Source of the DNA: Oscillospiraceae bacterium
GTDB taxonomy: Bacteria > Bacillota > Clostridia > Oscillospirales > Ruminococcaceae
Assembly: GCA_019420135.1 (NCBI GenBank)
Contig: JAHZHS010000003.1
Span: forward strand, 1,824-45,344
Direction: 5' to 3'
Length of the DNA: 43,521 nt
The notes beneath the pieces were generated by a model. The model did no database searches, was not told the DNA's origin, and saw only the letters and a list, made by a program, of their open reading frames with translations. Shown piece after piece: positions 1-9,119 of the stretch. Positions within the stretch are counted from its first letter, which is position 1, and every line of letters begins with the position of its first letter. The position numbers and the translations under genes were made by a program.

Positions 1-981
1 GGGGATCTCGGCCAAGACGATCATGCCGTACTCGTCGCACAGATCGTAGAAGTACTGGTCGTGCTGGTAGTGGGCCAGGCGGATGGTGTTGGCGCCGATC
101 TCACGGATCAGGTCCATATCCTCCTTGTGCATCTCCTTGGTGAGGGCGTTGCCGATGCCCTTGCGGTCCTGATGGCGGGAAACGCCGTGCAGGGGATAGC
201 GCCGGCCGTTGAGGAAGAAGCCCTCCTTGGGGTCCACCCGGAAGCTGCGCACGCCGAAGCGGCAGGAGACCTCGTCCACCGCCTTGCCGCCCTCGCTGAG
301 CCGGAGGGTGGCGGTGTAGAGATAGGGGTCCTCCACGCCGTCCCACAGATGGACCTGGGGGATGGTGAGGGTGACGTCGGTGCCCTTGCCGGAAGCCACT
401 TCCTTGCCGGAAGCGTCGGTGAGGGTGACGGTGACGTCGGGGGTTTCCACGTTGGTCCAGCTCTCCACGCGGACGGTGCCGTTCTTGCCGTCCACGGTGG
501 GGGTGACCTTGAAGCCGGGGCCGCCGAAGTGGTCCATGTCAAAGTGGGCCTTGCTGACCACCACCAGGTCCACATCGCGGTAGATGCCGCCGTAGAAGGT
601 GAAGTCCGCCTTCTGGGGATAGACGCGGTCGTTCTTGCTGTTGTCGGCCACAACGGTCAGGGCGTTGTCGCCGGCCAGCAGGGCGGTGACGTCCGCCCGG
701 AAGGTGGAGTAGCCGCCGTCGTGGTGGATGACCTTCTGGCCGTTGAGGGTGACGTCCGCCGAAGCGTTGACACCCTGGAACTCCAGATACACTGCCTGGG
801 TGGCAGGGTCAAAGTCGGGGCGGGCAAAGCTGCGGGTGTAGGTGCAGCTGCCCCGCCAGTAGTCGTTGCCGCCATCCTGGCCGTCAATGGCGTTCCAGGT
901 ATGGGGAACATCCACGGCGACCTCTTTGCGGTCGGGACCACAGAAGGTCCAGCCTTTGTTCAGGGAAATCCGGTTACGCAT
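1..981 (-). CDS. GH2 beta-galactosidase/beta-glucuronidase family, N-terminal part (runs off the left edge)
   Basis: Not in the ORF track because it has no stop in the window. Manual translation from ATG at 981 gives MRNRISLNKGWTF...VPHTWNAIDGQDGGNDYWRG...YLEFQGVN...HDGGYSTFR...DFTFYGGIYRDV...GVSRHQD...GANTIRLAHYQH. AAGGAG RBS upstream. Confidence 0.93.
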   Translation of the reverse strand, partial: MRNRISLNKGWTFCGPDRKEVAVDVPHTWNAIDGQDGGNDYWRGSCTYTRSFARPDFDPATQAVYLEFQGVNASADVTLNGQKVIHHDGGYSTFRADVTALLAGDNALTVVADNSKNDRVYPQKADFTFYGGIYRDVDLVVVSKAHFDMDHFGGPGFKVTPTVDGKNGTVRVESWTNVETPDVTVTLTDASGKEVASGKGTDVTLTIPQVHLWDGVEDPYLYTATLRLSEGGKAVDEVSCRFGVRSFRVDPKEGFFLNGRRYPLHGVSRHQDRKGIGNALTKEMHKEDMDLIREIGANTIRLAHYQHDQYFYDLCDEYGMIVLAEIP

Positions 982-1476
982 GTTCCATCTCCTTGTCTGG
1001 GCCCCTGACCGGGGCCGGGTGTGCAATTTTGCCGGTTTTTTGCACAACTCCACGGCGGCCGCTGTGCACATTAACGGATGATAACTATTTACAATTTAAC
1101 ATTTCAGTCATAAAATAGCAACGGCTTTTTCACAAGTGGACAAAAAAGCGACCTAAGTGGTTTCGACCTGCTCATAAAATTCTGTCAAATTTGTGCATGT
1201 TCAACAAAAAACTAACAATCTCCCTGTCCGCAAGGCGGGGACAGTCCGGGCTCCTGCAAAAACCGCGGGTCGATTCCGGATGCCCATGCCGCAGCCGCAG
1301 TCCTTTTTCCGGCAGCATCTTGCCCCTTTGCCCGGCGGGAGAACCGGGCAACCCCGGAAGGGCTTTTCTTTTATACGGTGAAAGGGTATAATAAACGGAT
1401 AAGAGCGGGTGGGGGAAACTCTGCCCGCACGCCCCCGGAGCATTTCCGGAGAGTCTCAGGAGAAAGGAGCCCGGCC

Positions 1477-2709
1477 ATGGCACAGCAATCCCCCGCATCC
1501 CAGCCCCGGCGCATCCTGCTCATCCACACCCGCTACCGCCTGCCCGGGGGCGAGGACGCCGTCTTTGAGGCCGAGCGCACCATGCTGGAGCGGTCCGGCC
1601 ACGCCGTCACCGTCTACGAGCGCAGCAACGGGGAAGCCTCGGGGCTTTTGGGGAAACTGCTGCTGCCCTTCCGGGCCATTTTCAGCTTCAAGGCCATGAG
1701 GGAGGTGCGGGCCCTCATCCGCCGGGATCACATCCAGCTGGTCCACGTCCACAACACCCTGCTGGTGACCAGCCCCTCGGTGTTCCTGGCCTGCCGCAAA
1801 GAGGGGGTGCCCGTCGTCCAGACGCTGCACAACTTCCGGCTGTTCTGTCCCAACGGCGTGCTGCTGCGCCAGGGCAAGGTCTGCGAGGACTGTCCCCATC
1901 ACAGCCTCTTCTGCGCCGTGCGCCATGCCTGCTACCGGGGCAGCCGGGCGGAGAGTCTGGTCTGTGCGGCGGTGTATGCCGTCCACCGGCTGCTGGGCAC
2001 CTACCGCCATGTTTTTCTCATCACCCCCACCGCCTTTGACCGGGACAAGCTGCTGGAGTTCAACGCCCTGCATCCCGTCTTTGACCCGGCGCGGCTGTAC
2101 GTCAAAGCCAACCCGGTGAGCGTCACCCTCCCCGCCGGGGCGCCCTACTCCTTTGCGGCCCGGAAACGCCAGATCGTCTATGCCGGGCGGCTGGAGGAGC
2201 TGAAAGGCCTGCGCACCGTGCTGGAGGCCTGGAAGCTGCTGGCCCGGGACCCCGCTGCCCCCCGGCTGATCCTGGTGGGCAGCGGCCCCCTGGAAGTCTG
2301 GGCCCGGGAACAGGCCCTGCCCAACGTGGAGTTCCGGGGCACCCTGGCCCCCAAAGACCTCCACGCCCTCATGGCGGAGAGCATGGCGGTGGTGGCCGCC
2401 AGCCTCTGCTACGAGAGCTTTGCCCTGGTCCCCTCCGAGGCCCATCTGCTGGGCACGCCGGTCCTTGCCAGCGCCCTGGGCAACGTGGGGGCCTCGGTGA
2501 CGGAAGGGGTGGACGGGCTGACCTTCGCCCCCGGGGATGCCGCCGACCTGGCCAGGGCGGTGCGGGCGCTGCCCCAGGCCCTGGCCGGGATGGACCCCGA
2601 CGTCATCCGCCGCACCGCCCTGGAAAAGACCGGGGCGGGCAGCGGGGAAGCCTGCCGCCGTCTCACCGCCATCTACGGGGAGATCTGCGCCGGGGCTGCC
2701 GGGCGCTGA
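1477..2709 (+). CDS. GT4 glycosyltransferase
   Basis: GGED N-terminal motif, VHVHN, TLHNFRL, YAGRL, YESFALVPSEA (EX7E). AAAGGAG RBS before ATG 1477. Confidence 0.92.
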   Translation: MAQQSPASQPRRILLIHTRYRLPGGEDAVFEAERTMLERSGHAVTVYERSNGEASGLLGKLLLPFRAIFSFKAMREVRALIRRDHIQLVHVHNTLLVTSPSVFLACRKEGVPVVQTLHNFRLFCPNGVLLRQGKVCEDCPHHSLFCAVRHACYRGSRAESLVCAAVYAVHRLLGTYRHVFLITPTAFDRDKLLEFNALHPVFDPARLYVKANPVSVTLPAGAPYSFAARKRQIVYAGRLEELKGLRTVLEAWKLLARDPAAPRLILVGSGPLEVWAREQALPNVEFRGTLAPKDLHALMAESMAVVAASLCYESFALVPSEAHLLGTPVLASALGNVGASVTEGVDGLTFAPGDAADLARAVRALPQALAGMDPDVIRRTALEKTGAGSGEACRRLTAIYGEICAGAAGR

Positions 2710-2786
2710 ATGGCCCTATACATTATATAAAATAATAAACATACAGAAACATCGGGAAATTCCACGCATTTACAAGGAGAAGTTCC

Positions 2787-3803
2787 ATGAATCAGGTGTA
2801 CCGGGCGCTGCACATGCCGCCGGACCGTCTTTTCAAAAAGCTCACGGGCTGCAAGGAGATCTACACCATCGCCGTCCGTCCCATCCCCGCCGAGGCTCCT
2901 CTGCCCGCGCTGGGGGAGGGGGCCTATACCCCCATGCCCTTTGACGGGCGCACCTGGTACGCCGACCCGCTGCTCTACCACCACGGGGAGGAGCGGTGGA
3001 TCTTCTGCGAGGCCTTTGACCTGGCTGCCGGGCGGGGAGACATCGCCGCCATTCCCCTGGCCGGGGACGGCAGCCTGGGCGAGCCCCGGACCGTGCTGTC
3101 TACCGGCAGTCATCTGTCCTTTCCCACCGTCTTTGACTGGCGGGGGGAGATCTGGATGATCCCCGAGTCCAGCGCCTGCCATACCATCGACCTCTACCGC
3201 TGCGCCGAGTTTCCCGGCAGGTGGGAGCAGGCGGCCCGCTTCCCGGTGGGCTGCGAGCTGTGCGACACCATCCTGCTGGACAAAACCGACGAGGAGCTGA
3301 CCCTGCTGTGCAGCGAGACCCGGCCGGAAAACCAGCTCTACACCCGCTACCGCCGCTACACTCTGCGCCACACGGCGGGGGAGGCGGACCCCCAGACCCA
3401 CGACTTTGAGCTGGAGCCGGACGAGCCCTTCAACCTCCAGCACCGGGAGTACGGCCTGGGCTTCCGCAACGCCGGGCCCATGTTCCAGATGGGGGGCCAG
3501 ACCATCCATCCCACCCAGGTGAGCACCAAGGTGGACTATGGGGTCTACCTGCAGTTTTTTGCCCGCCGGGGGGCCAGCGAGATCCCCCTCTGCGCGGCGG
3601 AACCCCACATCGTCACCATCACCGGCCTGAACCGGGCCGACGTGGTGGGCATCCACACCTACTGCCGGGATGACCGGTTCGAGGTCATCGACGCCCGCTA
3701 TCTGACCCGCCTGCCCAAGCAGCCCGGCGCCCCGGTCCCGGGGACAGGGGAGAACCCCGCCCCCTCCGGGGAGGAAAGCGGCAGCCGGGATACCGACCTC
3801 TGA
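2787..3803 (+). CDS. GINT1 (glucosamine inositolphosphorylceramide transferase) N-terminal-like beta-propeller protein
   Basis: Motifs YADPLL, IFCEAFD, HLSFPTVF, WMIPES, RNAG and GIHTY, typical of this five-bladed-propeller family. AAGGAG RBS. Confidence 0.7.
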   Translation: MNQVYRALHMPPDRLFKKLTGCKEIYTIAVRPIPAEAPLPALGEGAYTPMPFDGRTWYADPLLYHHGEERWIFCEAFDLAAGRGDIAAIPLAGDGSLGEPRTVLSTGSHLSFPTVFDWRGEIWMIPESSACHTIDLYRCAEFPGRWEQAARFPVGCELCDTILLDKTDEELTLLCSETRPENQLYTRYRRYTLRHTAGEADPQTHDFELEPDEPFNLQHREYGLGFRNAGPMFQMGGQTIHPTQVSTKVDYGVYLQFFARRGASEIPLCAAEPHIVTITGLNRADVVGIHTYCRDDRFEVIDARYLTRLPKQPGAPVPGTGENPAPSGEESGSRDTDL

Positions 3804-3875
3804 TCTTGCCTTTTCCCTGCGTTTTTCCCTGGATTATTGCGCGTTTTTGCCTTTCACCCCATTCAGGAGGCTTTC

Positions 3876-4994
3876 ATGCTGACCATTGCCATCCCGCAGC
3901 TCTACTGCGGTGCGTCCGGCCGGAAGGGCGCCTACAACCGGCAGGAGGTGGGCCTGGCCCGGGCCTTTGCGGCCCTGGGCTGCCGCGCCCTTGCCGTCTA
4001 CCCGGACACCTCCCTCGCCGCCCCCGAGGCCGAGGATCTGGAGCCGAACGTCCGGGTGCTCTATCTGCCCGCCCGGGCCCTGTCCGTCCACGCCTTCTAC
4101 AAGAGCTGGCAGCCCCTGCTGGACGAAGGGGTGGACGCCGTCCACGTCATGGGGGACAACTCCCTGGGCGTGCCGGGGCTCTACCGGTTCTGCCGCAAAC
4201 ACGGCATCTTCTTTTACTCCCAGCTGGGGGCGCTGAAAAGCGATTCCCGCACCCCTGCCGTCCGGCTGGTGATGGACCTGCTTTTGCGCCGCAACCTCGC
4301 CGTCTACCGCCGCACCCCCACCTACGCCAAGACCCCCGCCCTGGCCCGGGAGATGGAGCGCCTGGGGGTCTCCTGCGCCGGGGTCATGCCGGTGGGGCTG
4401 GACACCGCCATCATCCCCATGATCCCCGGCACCCCCGCCGAGATGCGGGCGGAGCTGAAGCTGGACTCCGCCGCCCGGTATCTCCTCTTTGTGGGGCGGC
4501 TGGACCCCTACAAGCGGCCCATGGCCCTGCCGCCCCTCATGGAACAGCTGGGGGCGGAATGGCACCTCATCGTCATCGGCCAGGGCTCCCTGGCCGGGGA
4601 GCTGGACGCCGCCATGAAGCCCTTCGGCGACCGGTACACCCGCATCCCCAAGCTGCCCAACACGGCGGTGCATGCCTACTACCATGCCTGCAACGTCTTT
4701 GTCAACTTAAACGACCACGAGATCTTCGGCATGAGCCTGCTGGAGGCCATGTATGCCGGCTGTCCCCCCGCCGCCCGCCGGGCGCCGGGGCCCGAGCTCA
4801 TCATTGAGGACGGGGTATCCGGGGTGCTGGCCGATTCCGACGCCGCCCTGCCCGACGCCGTCCGCCGGGCGGCCGCCGACCCCGAGATGGGCCCTGCCGC
4901 CCAGCGCCGGGGGAACGAGCACTTTCTCTGGGGCAACAGCGCCGAGACCGCCCTGGCCATGCTGGAAAAGAGGGGAGTGCCCGCCCATGGATAA
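3876..4994 (+). CDS. GT4 glycosyltransferase
   Basis: LFVGRL..YKR and EIFGMSLLEA (EX7E). AGGAGG RBS before ATG 3876. Confidence 0.92.
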   Translation: MLTIAIPQLYCGASGRKGAYNRQEVGLARAFAALGCRALAVYPDTSLAAPEAEDLEPNVRVLYLPARALSVHAFYKSWQPLLDEGVDAVHVMGDNSLGVPGLYRFCRKHGIFFYSQLGALKSDSRTPAVRLVMDLLLRRNLAVYRRTPTYAKTPALAREMERLGVSCAGVMPVGLDTAIIPMIPGTPAEMRAELKLDSAARYLLFVGRLDPYKRPMALPPLMEQLGAEWHLIVIGQGSLAGELDAAMKPFGDRYTRIPKLPNTAVHAYYHACNVFVNLNDHEIFGMSLLEAMYAGCPPAARRAPGPELIIEDGVSGVLADSDAALPDAVRRAAADPEMGPAAQRRGNEHFLWGNSAETALAMLEKRGVPAHG

Positions 4995-5910
4995 CGACGC
5001 CAAGATTTTACAGAAAGCCCGGGATCTGTACAAAGCAATGCGGTTCGGCTGGCGGTACCGGGGCGTGGAGATCATGGACGCCGAGGACGGCAACAACTAC
5101 ATTGCCCAGTGCATCCGCTGGGGACGGCCTTTCTGGGCCGGGCGGTGCGGCGCCACCGAGATGCGCTGCATGGCCGAATACCTGAACCAGACAAAAGGGG
5201 AGAGCGAGCACTTTTCCCCCAAGATCCGCGCCGAGATGCGGGATCTGTCCGGCATGTTCCCCACCGACGACGCCACCCTGGAGCGGTTCTGCAAGCTCTA
5301 CGCCGACGCCGCCCACACCGCCGACCTGCTGGCTCTCTGGGATGTGGGGGCCGAGCGGGAGGTCATCCGGGGCTGCTGCGCCGAGACCCGCTTTGCCAAG
5401 CTGCGGGCGCTGGAACCCTACTACCATGCGTCCCCCTGGTCGGCGGCGCTGGCGGGCAAGCGGGTACTGGTGGTCCATCCCTTTGCAGACACCATCCAGA
5501 GCCAGTACGCCCGGCGGGAACAGCTCTTCCAGAATCCCGACGTCCTGCCCGAATTTGCCTCCCTGCGGGTGGTGAAGGCGGTGCAGGGTCTGGGCGGGCA
5601 GGAGACCGGCTACCACAGCTGGTTCGACGCCCTCACCGCCATGGAGGAGGAGATGGCAAAAGAGCCCTTCGACGTGGCGGTCATCGGGGCGGGGGCCTAC
5701 GGCCTGCCCCTGGCCGCCTTCTGCGCCCGGGAGCTGGGCGTCCAGGCGGTGCAGATGGCGGGGGCCACCCAGCTGCTCTTCGGCATCCGGGGCAAGCGGT
5801 GGGACGACCATCCCATCCTCTCCCGGCTGTACAACGACGCCTGGGTCCGCCCCGGCCAAAACGAGGGCATCCGCAACAAGGATGCCGTGGAGGGCGGCAG
5901 CTACTGGTAA
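4987..5910 (+). CDS. Conserved polysaccharide-locus protein, possible GT-D-like glycosyltransferase
   Basis: RCGATE, ALEPYY, VLVVHPF, GAGAYGLPLAAF and GATQLLFGIRGKRW motifs. Overlaps the upstream GT4 stop. Function is inferred. Confidence 0.6.
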   Translation: MDNDAKILQKARDLYKAMRFGWRYRGVEIMDAEDGNNYIAQCIRWGRPFWAGRCGATEMRCMAEYLNQTKGESEHFSPKIRAEMRDLSGMFPTDDATLERFCKLYADAAHTADLLALWDVGAEREVIRGCCAETRFAKLRALEPYYHASPWSAALAGKRVLVVHPFADTIQSQYARREQLFQNPDVLPEFASLRVVKAVQGLGGQETGYHSWFDALTAMEEEMAKEPFDVAVIGAGAYGLPLAAFCARELGVQAVQMAGATQLLFGIRGKRWDDHPILSRLYNDAWVRPGQNEGIRNKDAVEGGSYW

Positions 5911-5957
5911 GCCGCCCGGCACAACCCGATGAAAATTTACAGGAAAGGAGCAGGCCC

Positions 5958-7091
5958 ATGCGCATTCTGATGATCGGCAGCGCCCTGACCGTCAACGGCG
6001 GCATCCAGCGGTATATCCAGAATCTTCTGGGGTCCATGGACCTGGCCCGCTACACGGTGGACCTGCTGGCCACCCATGCCCCCGAGGGGGTTCCCAGCGG
6101 GGAGGACGCCCTGCGCGCCGCCGGGGTCCGCCGCATCTACTGGATGCCCGGGGACGACAAGCAGCGGCTGTTTTTCTATCCCGGGTTCTTCCGGCAGCAT
6201 AAGGACTACGACATCATCCATTTCCACACCACCAGCAAGGTCAACGCCCTGGCCTGCGGGGTCATCCGCCATGCCTGCCCGGGGGCAAAGCTCATCGTCC
6301 ACAGCCACATCGTCTACCCGCCCATGACCCTGAGCTGGCAGATCGCCCACCGGTTCTACCAGCGCTGGGCGGACTACTTCCTGGGCTGCAGCGTGGCGGC
6401 GGGACGGTTCGTCTTTGGGGACCACATCGACGAAAAGCCCAACTTTGCGGTGGCCTGCAACGCGGTGGACAAAGGCCGCTTTCACCCCGACGGCGCTGCC
6501 CGGGCGGACATCCGGGCCCGGTACGGCGTGGCCGATACCGACAGGCTGGCGGGCTTTGTGGGGCGGTACAACCACCAGAAAAACCTTTTGTATCTCCTGG
6601 ACATCTTCGCGGCCATGCACTCCGCCGACCCGGCCTGGAAGCTCATGCTGGTGGGCGGGGGAGAGGACAAGCCCGCCGTGGACGCCAAAATTGCCGCCCT
6701 GGGCCTGGGGGAGGCGGTCATCCAGACGGGGGTGCAGGACAACGTCCCCGCCTACATGAACGCCTTCGACCTGTTTCTGCTGCCCAGCGAGTTTGAGGGC
6801 AGCCCGGTCACCCTGGTGGAAGCCCAGGGCTGCGGGGTGCCCTGTCTTGCCTCCACCAACGTCCCCGCCGACGGCTCGGTGACGGGGCTGGTGGAGTTTC
6901 TGCCCCTGTCGGCGCCCTTTGCCCGGTGGGCGGACACCGCCCGGCGGATCGCCGACTGCGGGGTGCACCAGAGCCGCTGGGACAGGCTGGAGGCCGCCGG
7001 GTATGAGCTGGGTACCGCCGCCCGCCGGATGGAGGCGCTGTACGACGCCCTGGTCCCCGCCGCGGCCCCCCGGAAGGAGGCTGCCCCGTGA
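5958..7091 (+). CDS. GT4 glycosyltransferase (EpsF-like)
   Basis: NGGIQ, IVHSH, VGRYNHQKN, PSEFEGSPVTLVEAQ. AAAGGAG RBS. Confidence 0.92.
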   Translation: MRILMIGSALTVNGGIQRYIQNLLGSMDLARYTVDLLATHAPEGVPSGEDALRAAGVRRIYWMPGDDKQRLFFYPGFFRQHKDYDIIHFHTTSKVNALACGVIRHACPGAKLIVHSHIVYPPMTLSWQIAHRFYQRWADYFLGCSVAAGRFVFGDHIDEKPNFAVACNAVDKGRFHPDGAARADIRARYGVADTDRLAGFVGRYNHQKNLLYLLDIFAAMHSADPAWKLMLVGGGEDKPAVDAKIAALGLGEAVIQTGVQDNVPAYMNAFDLFLLPSEFEGSPVTLVEAQGCGVPCLASTNVPADGSVTGLVEFLPLSAPFARWADTARRIADCGVHQSRWDRLEAAGYELGTAARRMEALYDALVPAAAPRKEAAP

Positions 7092-8026
7092 TCTACGCCG
7101 AACTCACCGGAGGACTGGGCAACCAGATGTTCCTCTACGCCTTCGCCCGGGCGCTGGCCCTGCGCACGGGGGAGGAGGTCACCCTGCTGGACCGGGAGGA
7201 CTGGAAGTCCGGTTCCCCCGCCCACACCCGCTGCGCCCTGAGTGCCCTGCGCCTGCCGCCCCAGGTGCACATCCAGGCCGACGCCGCCTTTGCCAAGCAC
7301 CATCTGCCGGTGCAGAACGCCCTGAAGGTCCTCATGATCCGTCACGAACAAAAGGGCGGCATGATGGCTCAGAACTGGCAGCCCTTTGAGGCGAAGATGG
7401 CGCCCCTGCTCAACGCCCTGGGCCTGCATTTCGTCACCGACGGCTATGTACCCTGCCGCCGGAAAAAGGGGCTGCATTTCCCGCCCGACCTTCTGGCCTG
7501 GGGGTATTTCCAGAGCGAGGCCTACTTTGCCGACCACAAAGACATCATCCGGGCGGAACTGCGCCCGGTGAACGCCCCCGACCCCGACCGGGCGGCGGCC
7601 ATCGGGGCGGCGGAGTGTCCCGTCTGCCTGCATCTGCGCCGGGGAGACTACCAGAACCCCGAGAACGCCGCCCTCCAGGTCTGCACCCCGGCCTACTACG
7701 CCCGGTGCTGCGCTCTGGTGAGGGAACAGTGGCCGGAGGCGACCCTCTTTGTCTTTTCCGACGACATTCTCTGGGCCCAGGATCATCTGGACACGGCGGG
7801 GCTGCCCGCCGTCTACCTGACCCCGGGCAGCGCGGCGGGGGATCTGGCCCTCATGCAGCTGTGCCGCCACTTCATCATCAGCAATTCCACCTACAGCTGG
7901 TGGGCCCAGTATCTGGGGGATGCCCCCGACAAGCAGGTCTACGCTCCCGACCGCTGGTACGCCAACGGCAAGGAGAGCGCCCTCTATCTGCCCGGATGGA
8001 CGCTGGTGTCCACTGCCGGACAATGA
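7088..8026 (+). CDS. GT11 alpha-1,2-fucosyltransferase
   Basis: GT11 motifs GGLGNQMF, GYFQSE, HLRRGDY, VFSDD and SNSTYSWW. Confidence 0.93.
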   Translation: MIYAELTGGLGNQMFLYAFARALALRTGEEVTLLDREDWKSGSPAHTRCALSALRLPPQVHIQADAAFAKHHLPVQNALKVLMIRHEQKGGMMAQNWQPFEAKMAPLLNALGLHFVTDGYVPCRRKKGLHFPPDLLAWGYFQSEAYFADHKDIIRAELRPVNAPDPDRAAAIGAAECPVCLHLRRGDYQNPENAALQVCTPAYYARCCALVREQWPEATLFVFSDDILWAQDHLDTAGLPAVYLTPGSAAGDLALMQLCRHFIISNSTYSWWAQYLGDAPDKQVYAPDRWYANGKESALYLPGWTLVSTAGQ

Positions 8027-8062
8027 CCCGCAAGGAGTAACACAAGGACAGGAGGTGCCGCC

Positions 8063-9076
8063 ATGCGGCGGGAAGGCAAGATCCGGTTTTCGGTCATCGT
8101 GCCGGTGTACAATGTGGAACAATACCTGCCCCTGTGCGTCAAGAGCGTGGTGGAGCAGGCGGGGGACCCGGACTGGGAGTGCATCCTGGTGGACGACGGC
8201 TCCACCGATACCTCGGGGGCCATGTGCGACGCCTTTGCCGCCGAGTGCCCCGGGGTCGTGGCCCTGCACCAGAAAAACCAGGGCCTGGCCGGGGCCCGCA
8301 ACACCGGCATGGCCGCGGCGGCGGGGGAGTGGCTGCTCTTTCTGGACAGCGACGACGAATGGCCCGCCGGCATGCTCCAGAATCTGCGCGCCGCCCTGGA
8401 CGCAAACCCCGGCTTTGACTGGTATGTGGCCCGGTATCTGTCTCTCGACGAGGGGGACGGCACCCTGCGCGCCCCCTCCGCCATCAACTTTGAGCCCGGC
8501 CCCTTTGAGAGCGAGGACTACGCCGCCCGGGTCAAACGGCTGTACGACAGCGCCCACTGGTCGGTGTGGAAGTTCTGCCTGCGGCGGCAGTTTCTGCTGG
8601 ACAGCGGGGTGGAGTTCTGGACGTCGGTGGTGTGGGCGGAGGATTACCCCTTCGACCTGCTGCTGCTGCTCCACTGCAAAAGGCTCTGTTTCATCGACAT
8701 GGTCATGACCCATTACCGGGAAAACCGGGCGGGCAGCCTGATGAACTCCAACCTCCCCAAGCATTTCACCGGCATTCTGGCGGCGGTGCGGGGCTTTGCC
8801 CAGGTCTTTGCGGAGGGGCAGTGTCTCCCCGCCCAGCGCAACGAGATTCTCCGCCGCACCGCCAACGCCTTCTGGCCGGAGGCCCGGGCCGCCGCCTGCC
8901 GGGACAAGGCCGTCCGCCATGCCTGCGCCCCCCTCATCGATCAGTGCCGCCCCCTCTACGACCACGGCGACCAGTGCCGGGGCCGGGCGGACTGGGTGCT
9001 CTTCCGCCTGCTGCTCAAGGCCTTCGGGGCAAAGTTCGCCCTGTGGGCCTGCGGCCTGCTGAAAGGAAAAGGCTGA
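8063..9076 (+). CDS. GT2 glycosyltransferase
   Basis: SVIVPVYNVEQYL, VDDGSTD, NQGLAGARNTG, FLDSDD, ED motif. Confidence 0.95.
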   Translation: MRREGKIRFSVIVPVYNVEQYLPLCVKSVVEQAGDPDWECILVDDGSTDTSGAMCDAFAAECPGVVALHQKNQGLAGARNTGMAAAAGEWLLFLDSDDEWPAGMLQNLRAALDANPGFDWYVARYLSLDEGDGTLRAPSAINFEPGPFESEDYAARVKRLYDSAHWSVWKFCLRRQFLLDSGVEFWTSVVWAEDYPFDLLLLLHCKRLCFIDMVMTHYRENRAGSLMNSNLPKHFTGILAAVRGFAQVFAEGQCLPAQRNEILRRTANAFWPEARAAACRDKAVRHACAPLIDQCRPLYDHGDQCRGRADWVLFRLLLKAFGAKFALWACGLLKGKG

Positions 9077-9119
9077 GGGAGCACCCCATCAAATTCACTC
9101 ACAGGAAAGGGTTTCGTCC

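Noticed and set aside
61..1008. 315-aa plus-strand ORF
   Set aside because: Antisense shadow of the minus-strand GH2 gene, which carries the recognisable motifs and an RBS.
1215..1310. Possible c-di-GMP riboswitch upstream of the glycan operon
   Set aside because: Hairpins are present but the conserved GGCAAA/GACGCAAA elements are not, and the region lies upstream of the likely -10 (TATAAT at 1387).
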